From: a virus
Lineage: Duplodnaviria; Heunggongvirae; Uroviricota; Caudoviricetes
Virus record (IMG/VR): IMGVR_UViG_2843020057_000001
Coordinates: 74,516 to 138,515 of that record
DNA: 64,000 nt
Reading direction: 5' to 3' (one strand)
In this document: positions 38,827-49,166 of the stretch, in pieces
Position numbering within the stretch: the stretch's first letter is position 1
Layout of the letters: each line of letters opens with the position of its first letter
Program-made: the position numbers and the translations under genes
The notes under the pieces: model-generated
Seen by the model: the letters and a program-made list of their open reading frames with translations, nothing else
The model's database searches: none
Told to the model about the DNA's origin: nothing

Positions 38827-40133
38827 TACAGCTTGACCTTTCTAATTTCAAAACCTTCCTGATTAGCCAAGATGACTCCTTGAGAACGACTAGACTTAGC
38901 ACCTAACTTCTTACTATAATCGTCCATTCCTTTAACAGAACCAAATGTTACTTGAAAACGATTATCGCCAACTTCTAACATGGAAAATCTATGTAAGTGA
39001 CCACCTAATACAGCATCATAGTGCCGGTCATATTGTTCGCCAAGTTCGGCTAATGTTGATTTTTTATTCAAACTATTTCTGTCGCCATGAATAAAAGCAA
39101 ACTGCCAACCTTGGACATTAATATCAGTAAAGTAGCTATCACTTTCGACGAATTCAACATCAGATCCAGCTAGTTCAATCCACATTTTAATAATTTGATT
39201 ACTGATATTTACTGCATGGTCTGAATTAAGATTAGAATTCTTGTCGCCTTGTAGTCTGTCATGATTACCAGCGATACCCCTATAAGTAACTAATTCTACG
39301 TGTTGTCTAACTTTCTGTATGAAATCAATAATTAATTTAGTTACATGTACAATTTGTTCTGATAGTGTCTCTTCTGAGTCATATAAATTCTGATTCCGCA
39401 TATATGCGTGTTCTACAATGTCGCCAAGATTAACAATATCAACGCTATATACCTTATTCTTCTTAATGAGAGCAATAACCTTATTAGCATAATCATTCAA
39501 CAGATATTCAGCTACCTGTGTATCATAATAATTTTCTGGAATATCTACATGTGCGCCGTAGTGAATATCGGACAAGCATACAACCATTGACATGCTCGTA
39601 TCTTGATCTGCTTCTGGCAAAACAACAGGGTTCTCCGCTAATACAAAATCCGTATTTTCTAGCGCCGTTCGTACTTCCTCAATAAGTAATAAATCCTTGT
39701 TTGTTTGACGTACTAACTTCCGAACGACACGACCTTGTTCTTGCATTTCCAACTTCTTACCATTTAGTTCTCCGATTGCACTTTGAATGCTTTTTAACGT
39801 CCCATCGGCAACCAAATTAGCGTGTTCTTTTGCACTAGGAAGTCGTCCCTGTTCCTTTTGGAATCTCTTGATTAACCCACGATAGTTTTCATTGGTATCA
39901 CTATTGGAGAAACCTTCTTCTTGCATTAGCTTCTTATGTTGATACCATGAACAACGTCTCGAAGGAGACATCTTCTGCAATTCCTCTTTAATTCTACTAG
40001 CGGTCAATAGATGTTCTTGTGATACAGAAATGTGTTCGCCTTTTCTATTGACGTAGCTATATTCTTTAGTAGTAATACTCTTTCCCTCCATGAGTTTTAT
40101 TTCTAATATGTACACGAGGAATAACCCTCGCAA
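38826..40133 (-). CDS. Mre11/SbcD-like metallophosphoesterase nuclease with N-terminal extension
   Basis: Calcineurin-like motifs DIHYG.H, NLGDIVE, GNHDR, GGHLH. Confidence 0.65.
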   Translation of the reverse strand: MRGLFLVYILEIKLMEGKSITTKEYSYVNRKGEHISVSQEHLLTASRIKEELQKMSPSRRCSWYQHKKLMQEEGFSNSDTNENYRGLIKRFQKEQGRLPSAKEHANLVADGTLKSIQSAIGELNGKKLEMQEQGRVVRKLVRQTNKDLLLIEEVRTALENTDFVLAENPVVLPEADQDTSMSMVVCLSDIHYGAHVDIPENYYDTQVAEYLLNDYANKVIALIKKNKVYSVDIVNLGDIVEHAYMRNQNLYDSEETLSEQIVHVTKLIIDFIQKVRQHVELVTYRGIAGNHDRLQGDKNSNLNSDHAVNISNQIIKMWIELAGSDVEFVESDSYFTDINVQGWQFAFIHGDRNSLNKKSTLAELGEQYDRHYDAVLGGHLHRFSMLEVGDNRFQVTFGSVKGMDDYSKKLGAKSSRSQGVILANQEGFEIRKVKL

Positions 40134-40154
40134 ATTGAATATGTTTATATTTAA

Positions 40155-41123
40155 TTAAGCAGCTTCTAGCTTATTATCGTTCATGTAAGTAAGAACTTTG
40201 GATTGTTGTTCTTCTGTTAATGTACTCAAACTTCCGCTACCTGTTAGTGCCTTAACTTTCTTGGCAAAGGCTTCCTTTTTATCTTGACCATCTAGTTTTG
40301 ATACATAATCAGCAACCTGGTCTTTAAATGGCATTTCAGACACTACAGTCTCCTCGTATGCTACCTTTGACTTTTCTTTGTCTTTACCAAAATCCTTCAC
40401 AATAACATTGCCCTTATTATCATCAGCGGTAAGACGCTTGGCCCAGTTAGCATATGATGGGTTTTCAATTTCGGCTCCACGCTCATATGTTTCGGTACGA
40501 TCTTTTTCTACAATACCCATGTACTTGCCGTCCTTAACAAATAAACGCAATACAACATCGTAATCAAATTGAGCGTTCTTAGCCATATTAGGCTTTTCCC
40601 CAATCTTAATGCGCTTGTTGTTACCCATATCTTTCATTTCGTCTTGCGCTTGTGCAATAGAAACGATATTAATTCCTTGACTAGCTAACTTAACCTTAAG
40701 ATTTTGTAAGCGACTTTCCAGTTGCTTGATCTTTCCATATGAACGGATAGAAAGATTTGCGTCAAGCACATCTTTACCCTTACGTAATGCTCTTGATTCT
40801 TCAACTTCAATAAGAGCTTCTTGAATATTTTCGTGAATCTTAGTTTCAGAATCGACAATCAATGTATCAAATTCATCAATAGAATCTTCAAGATCGTCTA
40901 ATAAATTACTTAAATCTTCAAATGATTGTGTATCTAAAATACCAACAATGTTTTTAGCACGATCAGTTCCTTCGTACCAAGCGTACCCATCTTCACTATC
41001 AACAGCTACAATCTTGGGAAACGACAGTCCCAATACAGTCTTCCCTGTACCAGATTGACCATAAACAAGCATTTTCAGCCCCTTTTTACGACTGTTGGGC
41101 TTTCTTAACATATCTAAGCTCAT
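40155..41123 (-). CDS. Sak4-like / AAA_24 RecA-fold ATPase
   Basis: N-terminal P-loop LVYGQSGTGKTVL followed by IVDSE... as in phage AAA_24 proteins. Confidence 0.55.
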   Translation of the reverse strand: MSLDMLRKPNSRKKGLKMLVYGQSGTGKTVLGLSFPKIVAVDSEDGYAWYEGTDRAKNIVGILDTQSFEDLSNLLDDLEDSIDEFDTLIVDSETKIHENIQEALIEVEESRALRKGKDVLDANLSIRSYGKIKQLESRLQNLKVKLASQGINIVSIAQAQDEMKDMGNNKRIKIGEKPNMAKNAQFDYDVVLRLFVKDGKYMGIVEKDRTETYERGAEIENPSYANWAKRLTADDNKGNVIVKDFGKDKEKSKVAYEETVVSEMPFKDQVADYVSKLDGQDKKEAFAKKVKALTGSGSLSTLTEEQQSKVLTYMNDNKLEAA

Positions 41124-41162
41124 CCAATAACCCCTTTTATATTTATTCTTTATTTACTTGGA

Positions 41163-42311
41163 TTAATCGTTAAATAAACCACCGAATACGTCTTCTTCTG
41201 TATCAGACGCATCTGCACTATCGTCCTTATTATCTTCTTCAAAGACGCTAGTCCCCTCTTCAATGTCTTCATCATCTTCGACAACAACCAATGCTTCGGG
41301 AGCATACTTATCCGCCATATTAATCTTTGTAACATCGTCCTTTACAATGGTCATAGGGCGCTTAAAAATAACCTTATCTACGCTACGATTACCAATTGTT
41401 TCTTCTTGTTCTAATTGTTCTTCGGTCATAATTCCAAGTTCAATCAATTCCATAACTTCTGGATTACGCTTGATTTCACCCTTGACCTTTTCATAACCAT
41501 GAATAATTTCGTTACGCAATGCGAGTTCACGAACTACACCCTTCTTAACCTTTAAGAAGCGTTCAACTACTTTAATCATGTTTTCAATGTTGTCATCAGT
41601 AGCTTGGAATGCAAATTGTTGTGGGAATGCTAATATCTTCTTAATTTCTTTACCATTTTCCTTGCCAATGTATTGTGGAACGAATGCATTAACGGTAATT
41701 TCGTGATTTTCTCTTAATTGTTTTTCCCAATCACGAGGTAACGCTGTGCTTTCTAATAGGTATGTTTGTCGCATTTCTGCTTCTGGTGCATGTTCTTTTT
41801 CTGTTAAACCAATGCTAGTAATATTGAAACTACGAGAAATTTTTCCGTTGTATCGTTGATATTCAATATTACCACTTACATAAATATCATCACCATCATT
41901 AAGATGTTTAGACATATAATCAATTGCATCTAATTCTGATAGGAATTGTTTGCGAATAAGCTTACCTTTATCATCTTTTTCAAGCGCTACGTTAATATAT
42001 GAAAAGTCAGCAACATTTTTGAGAACTTCTTCATTGTCACGTAAATCCCAATCAATTTCCATATTTGCGTTCGTGTCCTTGTTGAATACATAAATAACAG
42101 GCTTCTTCTTAGAATATCCACCCATCATTTGTACATAAATCGAATTAGTATCACCAATTTTTACAGGAAATGCAACTCGCTTATACACATACCCAGATTG
42201 TGATTCATTCGTGTTCTCTGGGAATGTGTCACTTGAAATACTTGCTTTCCCATAAGCGATAAACTTAGCAATTCCCGTTTGTAATTCTTTTTCTAATTTA
42301 ACCTTTGGCAT
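41163..42311 (-). CDS. hypothetical protein with acidic SSB-like C-terminal tail
   Basis: C-terminus EEDNKDDSADASDTEEDVFGGLFND. Sits beside Sak4-like. No OB-fold motif verified. Confidence 0.3.
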   Translation of the reverse strand: MPKVKLEKELQTGIAKFIAYGKASISSDTFPENTNESQSGYVYKRVAFPVKIGDTNSIYVQMMGGYSKKKPVIYVFNKDTNANMEIDWDLRDNEEVLKNVADFSYINVALEKDDKGKLIRKQFLSELDAIDYMSKHLNDGDDIYVSGNIEYQRYNGKISRSFNITSIGLTEKEHAPEAEMRQTYLLESTALPRDWEKQLRENHEITVNAFVPQYIGKENGKEIKKILAFPQQFAFQATDDNIENMIKVVERFLKVKKGVVRELALRNEIIHGYEKVKGEIKRNPEVMELIELGIMTEEQLEQEETIGNRSVDKVIFKRPMTIVKDDVTKINMADKYAPEALVVVEDDEDIEEGTSVFEEDNKDDSADASDTEEDVFGGLFND

Positions 42312-42927
42312 TAGGTTCCTCCTTGTTTTCCATTAATTCTTTATCAATGATTTTAAACTTCATCATTCGTTCTTTATCGTTATATGTAATTACAGCGACT
42401 TGATTCGCATCTAATTCGTCAAATCCAAACTCTACATCAGAATTTATCCCCGTTTCCTTGTAGAGAGTTTCAAAGTCTGGAGATATATCAATATATGAAG
42501 CATCTATATCAACTTTTACCATTTCCCCGTTATCCGCTTCAATTGAATCATTTGCATCCTTTAATACATTTGACAAGAACTTCTTAAACGTGTCTAGGTC
42601 TAACTTCTTGTCGGTAGAATTCTTAACCTCTGTATTTTCTTTATCCGCCGACTCATCATCTTTTGGCACAGACCAATCCTCTACTTGGTTCATATTGCTA
42701 AACTGAGCCTTGATAATATCGAATCCAGCAGATGCAAGAGCCTTTCTAATCTTTTCGTATTTATCAGCAGCAACGGCTTCTAACAAATCACTATCGCTCT
42801 CTACACCTAGAAACGCCTTTACTCCAGGTATGGATTCTGGTGCAAGAATTTTGGTTAAATCCAAACCAATTTCTAAATCAAATTTATGCGTAAAATTACT
42901 TTTCATTGATAATTTCCCACCAATCAT
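42298..42927 (-). CDS. hypothetical protein
   Basis: ORF. Confidence 0.35.
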   Translation of the reverse strand: MIGGKLSMKSNFTHKFDLEIGLDLTKILAPESIPGVKAFLGVESDSDLLEAVAADKYEKIRKALASAGFDIIKAQFSNMNQVEDWSVPKDDESADKENTEVKNSTDKKLDLDTFKKFLSNVLKDANDSIEADNGEMVKVDIDASYIDISPDFETLYKETGINSDVEFGFDELDANQVAVITYNDKERMMKFKIIDKELMENKEEPNAKG

Positions 42928-43474
42928 CTAATTGTCGATATGTTTTATCTAGGGCACCTGAATTATTTACTACATAAATCTCATTAAATGGGTAGGGCAT
43001 ATCAATTTTACAAAGACCATTATTACCAATCGTATTCATGGTTTCGTCTTGTAAGAACGTCATTTGTAATTCGATATTACGTTCTAAGTCAGATTGTTTA
43101 AACCCTCCGTCTCTATCGTTCAGGCGTGCTTTAGCTACATCCGATGACGTGTAAACGTATAACGGCTTAAATCCTCGTTCTACACAATAATGTGAATATT
43201 CAAGTAGTTTTCTAACATCAGGAATTATCAATGGAACATTTAAATCCTTCGTCTCCCTATCCAACAGATGAATCCAAGTTTCGTGACCAAAGATACTTCT
43301 GACACTCTCACCCAGATCTTGTAGATGGTGTCGTTCTACTTTTTCTGTAGCAAATTGCTCCGCTAACTCATGAATTGAGGAACCTAGTGAATGTTTCACC
43401 GCATTCCCATTATGTAACTTTTCAACAATATAATCTGCAACTGTATCTTTGCCAGATCCAGCGCTAGATGCCAT
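42896..43474 (-). CDS. deoxynucleoside monophosphate kinase (phage dNMP-kinase-like)
   Basis: P-loop SSAGSGKDTVADYI typical of the dNMP kinase family. Confidence 0.55.
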   Translation of the reverse strand: MASSAGSGKDTVADYIVEKLHNGNAVKHSLGSSIHELAEQFATEKVERHHLQDLGESVRSIFGHETWIHLLDRETKDLNVPLIIPDVRKLLEYSHYCVERGFKPLYVYTSSDVAKARLNDRDGGFKQSDLERNIELQMTFLQDETMNTIGNNGLCKIDMPYPFNEIYVVNNSGALDKTYRQLDDWWEIINEK

Positions 43475-43628
43475 TATTGCGATATTCAGACGAATCTCCT
43501 CCTTAATAATTTTAATTATCTTTATTCCTTATTTACTTGTGATATTATATTCTAAAATAAATATCTTGTCACAAAATTTAGGAAATATCCCAGAAAATAA
43601 AAAAGATTAGCTTAATAGCTAATCCAAT

Positions 43629-44912
43629 CTACTGATTAATCTTATTCATTAATTGTTTGCGAAGAGCTGTTATTCTCTTTGTCGCTTTATATACCTTGCC
43701 TTGTTCCTTATCTTTTCTATCATGCCAAAAGTCGTCCATCTGTTTTTCTCCCAACTCAAGATCTTCTTGACTATACATTCCGAAGGCTTTAAAAAGTGAG
43801 AATATAGCTTTTTCTACTGCTTGAAGATCATCAACATCGGGTGTCCCATAACGATCCATGAGCCAATTATTTATATAATCAAGCTGTCCGCTCGTATATA
43901 TTGATTCCTTATTTAAGTAAGTTCTATCTCCATAAATCTCTGTCGCAATTTCACTTAATCTTTTATCAATAACCCATTTTGAAAGAGGCGGAATGGGCGT
44001 TGTAATAATTCTCTTTGGCAACATGATATATGAATCGTCTGTAACAGCAATTTTATTCTTACTATTATCCAATTGTCCTCCAGTTATTCGTAAATTAGAA
44101 ATTGCTCTATCCATATACTCTTTTTCTTTGGGAGTGAATTTGATCTTTCTATCACCATATTGCCCATGGACTGTTAAACAGCCATTTTTATAGTCTCGTA
44201 TTTTCAGATGTGATAATTCGCTATTTTCAACTTTTCTTGTTACACTAACACCCTTAAAGATTAACAATGGAATTATATTATCGGGAGTCGGATACTTAGC
44301 AAGAATTTTGCTGATTAATTCATTGTAAAAAATAATATTTATTTTTCTTTTTCTTACAACTTTTTGTGTTTTTCTACTCCAACCATTGTTATACGAATCC
44401 AGTCCAACATCTTTTAAGATGTTATTTATAGCAAGAGATAATTTACTCAAATAAGAGAACTTTGTCGTTACTGTTTCTACGGTATACTTTTCCAAAAAGA
44501 ACTTTCTTAATTCCTCTATTTCATCTTTGGTAAAATGCAAAAATAATTTTTTCTTCCTTTTCTCAAAAGGGATAACGTCTTCTAGCACCCTCTTTGCTCC
44601 GTAAAAAGTTGAAACACCTTTAGTTGATTGCGTAAAAAGGATAAGTTGCTTTACACAATTAAAGATCTCGTATCTCGGTGAAAAAATCCTATTTTTATCT
44701 TTATTTATAATACTTATTTCAATGTAATTATCTAATTGATGATTGTTAATATTACTAAAAACAAATTTATACAATTCCCCCAGCTCATTTGGGGTTAAAC
44801 TAGGAGAAAGTAAAAGCGTAGCAAGTACGTGTTCATTGTACTTAAAAACGTTTTTAAACTCTTCGAGTCCTTTTTTATTCTTTAGCACTAATTCATACTT
44901 ATACTTTCCCAT
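43629..44912 (-). CDS. hypothetical protein
   Basis: ORF. No recombinase active-site residues recognised. Confidence 0.3.
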   Translation of the reverse strand: MGKYKYELVLKNKKGLEEFKNVFKYNEHVLATLLLSPSLTPNELGELYKFVFSNINNHQLDNYIEISIINKDKNRIFSPRYEIFNCVKQLILFTQSTKGVSTFYGAKRVLEDVIPFEKRKKKLFLHFTKDEIEELRKFFLEKYTVETVTTKFSYLSKLSLAINNILKDVGLDSYNNGWSRKTQKVVRKRKINIIFYNELISKILAKYPTPDNIIPLLIFKGVSVTRKVENSELSHLKIRDYKNGCLTVHGQYGDRKIKFTPKEKEYMDRAISNLRITGGQLDNSKNKIAVTDDSYIMLPKRIITTPIPPLSKWVIDKRLSEIATEIYGDRTYLNKESIYTSGQLDYINNWLMDRYGTPDVDDLQAVEKAIFSLFKAFGMYSQEDLELGEKQMDDFWHDRKDKEQGKVYKATKRITALRKQLMNKINQ

Positions 44913-45035
44913 GAGAAATCTCCTAATTCATTTTTTAATAACCTTTTATGTATTTTACACGATTGCTTTAGTATAAGTTTACTATCACAAATTAGATTTT
45001 TCCATAACAAAAAAGGATTTTTCAGAAAATCCTTT

Positions 45036-46094
45036 TTAACGTGTTATTAGCTTTGATTGTCGTGCAGTCATATAAATTGAACTTTCCATTTCTGGTCGCG
45101 AGTGTATTAGCATTAACAATTGTTCTTTAGAGAGTTTATCAATATCGGAATAATCATAGTCTGCTGTTAAAATTGCAGTTCCTGTCGAGCTAGGGTCTTT
45201 TTGACTATGAATATACTTTTCTGTGGTTGCTATATTTTCATGGTCTAAAAAATCCTTGACCATTAAAATATCTTTAGTTTGGTAGTATAGAGATGTTGCG
45301 GCACCAGCACGCAATGAGTGAGGCGTCAAATGATGGTTTATCTTTTGACTAAATTCCTTGAAATATTCTCGAAGAGCATTTTGAGATAATTCATCGAAGA
45401 CAAAATCATTATCATTATCACGATAAAACAAGTTACGCAACATATCATAATATTCCCTACGCAAATATTTAGTATTAAGTTTCTGCCCCTTATCAATAAC
45501 GTCTAACCGTGCATAGCGTTCACTATTATTTCCTACAACAAATTGAAAATCTATCCATTTAATATGAAATGAGGCATTCACACGAATGCCAGTTTTGTAC
45601 ATAAAATCAACTAATAACGCATATTTTTTACCAAAATTATTATTAATATCATTCTTATATCTCTTTTCACGAAGAAACTTCTTTAATTCCTCCAATTCTT
45701 CTTTAGATATCGCTTCATGATGCTTGACATCATTAGTTTTTAACGATTTATCCGTCAAAACATAATTTAACAGGTTTGTATAATCAATATCACGAAAAAT
45801 CTTTTCACGATTTATCATTTTGATATATGATCTCACTGCTATTAAATGGCCTTTTATTGTTGTATCCTTAACACCTGCTTGTTTTAATGGTGTAACAAAC
45901 TTATTTAATACGTCACTAAATCTTAAATGAAATAAATCATATTGCTCAATCGTCTCAGGTTCTTTCTGAAAAACCATGGAATAGAACAACGTTACTGAAC
46001 TTTTATATTTTTTTATAGTGTTCTCAGACCACAACGAATTGATCCATGTTTGATACACACTACTTACGTCTATTTTCATAATAAATTCCTCCAT
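45036..46094 (-). CDS. tyrosine site-specific recombinase / integrase
   Basis: C-terminal R...HSLRAGAATSLY...TTEKYIH (HxxR, catalytic Tyr). Confidence 0.75.
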   Translation of the reverse strand: MEEFIMKIDVSSVYQTWINSLWSENTIKKYKSSVTLFYSMVFQKEPETIEQYDLFHLRFSDVLNKFVTPLKQAGVKDTTIKGHLIAVRSYIKMINREKIFRDIDYTNLLNYVLTDKSLKTNDVKHHEAISKEELEELKKFLREKRYKNDINNNFGKKYALLVDFMYKTGIRVNASFHIKWIDFQFVVGNNSERYARLDVIDKGQKLNTKYLRREYYDMLRNLFYRDNDNDFVFDELSQNALREYFKEFSQKINHHLTPHSLRAGAATSLYYQTKDILMVKDFLDHENIATTEKYIHSQKDPSSTGTAILTADYDYSDIDKLSKEQLLMLIHSRPEMESSIYMTARQSKLITR

Positions 46095-46215
46095 TCATCC
46101 AAATACGGATTTTATAAACCAATACTAAAAACAGATAACTTTTATATCGTCTATAAATAAGTCAATTTCGAGCATTTAATTTTACTTACTCCCAAATAAA
46201 TGATATAAAAGCTAT

Positions 46216-46253
46216 AATAAAAAACGGAGCCATTTAATACAGCTCCGTTTTTT
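46216..46253. terminator. bidirectional rho-independent terminator
   Basis: aataaaaaaCGGAGCcatttaatacaGCTCCGtttttt. GC stem 6 bp with A-run and T-run. Lies downstream of the mazF-like gene on the minus strand. Confidence 0.6.
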
Positions 46254-46329
46254 CAACATCAATTATATAAATATTTTAATTATAGTTTATAAAATCCGCA
46301 TTTTACCAAAAATTTTTCCGCTGAAAACG

Positions 46330-46677
46330 CTATATACAAAAATCATTAATAACTCGACTAATTTGTCGTTTAACCTTATTAAAATCCTCCAATCGCAATT
46401 TATCCATTGGTAAAGAACGCACTCTTTCACGAGAATAACAATGTATTTGTGTTGTATTTACTCGACCATATATATTTGCATAGTCCTGTAAATTAACGTA
46501 ACCATTAAAATAAGTCCCACCAGAAGTGATCGGCGCTACCATAAGATAATTTGTATTACGATTGTATCGATCGTTAGAAATAATTACCGCTGGATGAATA
46601 CCCTCCATCTCGGTATCTATAGCCGGACTAAAGTCTAAATAAATAATATCTCCCTGCTTATACTGTACTTTACTCAT
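46330..46677 (-). CDS. MazF/PemK-family endoribonuclease toxin
   Basis: GDIIYLDFSP...EGIHPAVIIS...LMVAPITS pattern. Start set at MSKVQY with a GGAGAG RBS. Confidence 0.75.
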   Translation of the reverse strand: MSKVQYKQGDIIYLDFSPAIDTEMEGIHPAVIISNDRYNRNTNYLMVAPITSGGTYFNGYVNLQDYANIYGRVNTTQIHCYSRERVRSLPMDKLRLEDFNKVKRQISRVINDFCI

Positions 46678-46727
46678 AATTCTCTCCATTCTACATTGTA
46701 AAAACGTCATTTTAACGACTACTTATT

Positions 46728-46871
46728 CTAAAAAGAGGACCGCCTAGAATGACGACCCCCTTTTTGGTTGATTTTATTTTTCTTTCCAATTTTTGGAGGA
46801 AAATTTCCTTCCCACCAATCAATACAAATTGCTATTAAGAAACAAACTCCGATAATAATTAAATGCGTCAT
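46728..46871 (-). CDS. 47-aa hydrophobic peptide upstream of mazF-like gene (not in ORF track)
   Basis: Manual translation MTHLIIIGVCFLIAICIDWWEGNFPPKIGKKNKINQKGGRHSRRSSF. Single TM helix then basic tail. Confidence 0.3.
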   Translation of the reverse strand: MTHLIIIGVCFLIAICIDWWEGNFPPKIGKKNKINQKGGRHSRRSSF

Positions 46872-46886
46872 ACGTCATACATTCTC

Positions 46887-47252
46887 CTATAATTTCATAT
46901 ATGCTCTCGAAACGGTTAGATCAGCTAATTTAATACTAAAATTATCAAAATAATCTCGATCATTAATGCTTAAATCGGAATATGGAGTACTATCAAGCCC
47001 ACCAAATGATAATTTTGAAATAATATCTTTTGTAATTTCCACGCGTATATTACCTTTATCCCAGCCAGCAGCAATATTCTCTAACCAATCATCATTTAAT
47101 TCGTAAGCACGAACTCCACCTTCGGGAGCAATAACGCAAAGAAAATTCTTTCCAACGTTACTATTCAAAATTTTCCCAGTTACGCCCATATAGCCACATA
47201 GGTTACTAAAAATCTCTACTGCATCATCAATTAATGTTCTATGTTTCCACAT
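46887..47252 (-). CDS. hypothetical protein
   Basis: ORF. Confidence 0.35.
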   Translation of the reverse strand: MWKHRTLIDDAVEIFSNLCGYMGVTGKILNSNVGKNFLCVIAPEGGVRAYELNDDWLENIAAGWDKGNIRVEITKDIISKLSFGGLDSTPYSDLSINDRDYFDNFSIKLADLTVSRAYMKL

Positions 47253-47520
47253 GATTCTACCCTCCTACATTAATAAATCTGCAATTGCTACCAAAAAGCA
47301 AGCTAACAATAACCCTACCTTTACAAAATTAAAGGCAAAGCCTAATTCTTCACCGATCCGATTAATTAAATTCATGTTAATTCCCTCCTAAATAATAAAG
47401 ACTTCATTTGAATGCTGCCTAGTTTTCTCACTAAACATAATTCAAATGAAGTCTTTTAACTTCTATTGAAATTTCTTTTGTAAAAGACGTTTCAAAGAGC
47501 AAGACAACCGTTGATATAAA

Positions 47521-47934
47521 TTAGTGGTGGTCTTGCTCTTTGATTCGACTTGAATGTTCTTTTAAGAACTTTGCTACTTTAAGCATAATTTCTTCGGTAT
47601 CATCCTGTGTAGTAATACCAAGCATTAAAGCTATACCCTCATCCTTAGTAACTTTGAGATGATAATCATTTTTCATTAAGAATAGCTTTGTAGCAACGTA
47701 AGCTGTTCTTTTATTTCCGTCAGAAAATATATGCTTTTTTGTAATCTTCTGCATCACATACGCGGCTTTAACCCAAATTGTTGGATATAATTCCGTACCA
47801 AAAACAACCATCTGTGGCTGTTCAACTACTAAACTTAAACCTTCCGGGTATTGTAGCCCATAAACTCCTTCACCCGCTTTTCTAATCACCTGTCTATTTA
47901 CAGCTAAAATTTCTTTTTCTGTTAAATATTCCAT
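47521..47934 (-). CDS. doc: Doc/Fic-family toxin (death-on-curing)
   Basis: Fic motif HIFSDGNKRTA. Confidence 0.8.
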   Translation of the reverse strand: MEYLTEKEILAVNRQVIRKAGEGVYGLQYPEGLSLVVEQPQMVVFGTELYPTIWVKAAYVMQKITKKHIFSDGNKRTAYVATKLFLMKNDYHLKVTKDEGIALMLGITTQDDTEEIMLKVAKFLKEHSSRIKEQDHH

Positions 47935-47935
47935 A

Positions 47936-48181
47936 CTACAAATCCTTGAGAGCGTCTATTAAATCAGAGTCTTCATCGAAAATTTTATCTATCATTTTCT
48001 GTGTATCTTTACTTATACTCTCTTTCTTTTTAAATGTTATTACTCGACCATCGGAAGAAATATCTTTTTCATATTCGTCACCTGGTTGAGCGTGCATTTT
48101 TTCTTTGTCACTCTTGGTCAATCGTAAACCAAATGAATTTCCAGATTTAAAAAATTTTGAATTTTCATGAATTTCTTGCAT
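47936..48181 (-). CDS. AbrB/MazE-fold antitoxin partnered with Doc
   Basis: SGNSFGLRLTK swapped-hairpin signature. Stop is 2 nt before the doc start. Confidence 0.6.
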   Translation of the reverse strand: MQEIHENSKFFKSGNSFGLRLTKSDKEKMHAQPGDEYEKDISSDGRVITFKKKESISKDTQKMIDKIFDEDSDLIDALKDL

Positions 48182-48460
48182 AATATCACCTCGTAATTAC
48201 ATTATAGCATATTGGTGATTACAATTTCTCCAATTCTTACTTTTCTAAAAGACGTGTTTTACCGACTATACAAATTGATCTAAGACTTTCGTTTGCTCTT
48301 CTTTGTTAATTCCTAGTTCATATTGGGTGTAGTCATTAAACACTCCATTCTCCGCACTGTCTTTTAATGCCTCCAGAACCACAGTAACTTCAAGTGGTGA
48401 TAATTTTGGCCGTTAATAATAATTTCTGTATCGTATAACCTCATGATAATTTTCTCCATT

Positions 48461-48763
48461 CTAGTAATCGTTCATTAATTCATCAATACTACTTTCAATA
48501 CTTTCCTCTATAGCTGTTGAAATATGTACACCATTATCTTCAATGCAAGTTACAACCCATTCTGCTACAGCAATAATTCGCTCATCACTTACTAGAATAC
48601 TTTCTTCATTTAACTCGTCTACAATCATTTCCTCAAAATCGTCAATCGTGACATCGTCATCATTCTTACCTTCGCCAAATTCTTTAAGTGCTGTTTGTGC
48701 TTGAAGTAGTGCTTCTGCTAATTGTTCTTGAATTTCAACCTTAACCATAATAATTTCCTCCAA
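48461..48763 (-). CDS. small highly acidic protein (DNA-mimic-like candidate)
   Basis: ~30% D/E. No family recognised. Confidence 0.35.
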   Translation of the reverse strand: MEEIIMVKVEIQEQLAEALLQAQTALKEFGEGKNDDDVTIDDFEEMIVDELNEESILVSDERIIAVAEWVVTCIEDNGVHISTAIEESIESSIDELMNDY

Positions 48764-48789
48764 TTCTTACCTTTTCTAAAATATCTGTT

Positions 48790-49035
48790 TTACCAAACTG
48801 CGTTATTAGTTAATTCAATAATTCTCGGCTGACAACCTTCATCTTGCATTCTCCACGAATTCTTATCATCTTGAGACACTTTATCGTATAATTCGTTACA
48901 TTCTCTTAATGTGTCTTTGATATATTCCATCGCCTTTTCATATGTGGTAAAAACCATTGTGTCAAAAATTGATTCTTCCATATCTCTGTCTAAAACTACA
49001 TATACTGAATTTGGTAAAGTTTCCATTTTATTCAC
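48790..49035 (-). CDS. hypothetical small protein
   Basis: ORF. Confidence 0.3.
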   Translation of the reverse strand: MNKMETLPNSVYVVLDRDMEESIFDTMVFTTYEKAMEYIKDTLRECNELYDKVSQDDKNSWRMQDEGCQPRIIELTNNAVW

Positions 49036-49166
49036 ACTCCTAGATTTACTTTTAATGACTGATTTCTCTCGAAAAATTTCTCCACACTCTTAACTTTGTT
49101 TTCTAATATCAAATACATCAACGAAGCCCCATGTTTTACTTAATTCTGACTTAACCAACCTTTCTT

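Noticed and set aside
43629-44912. Second integrase upstream of the tyrosine recombinase
   Set aside because: No R-H-R-Y active-site constellation could be recognised in the 427-aa protein. Left as hypothetical.
46740-46770. aaaaagaggaccgcctagaatgacgaccccctttttgg examined as a bidirectional terminator
   Set aside because: Flanking A- and T-runs are present but the intervening arms are not convincingly complementary.
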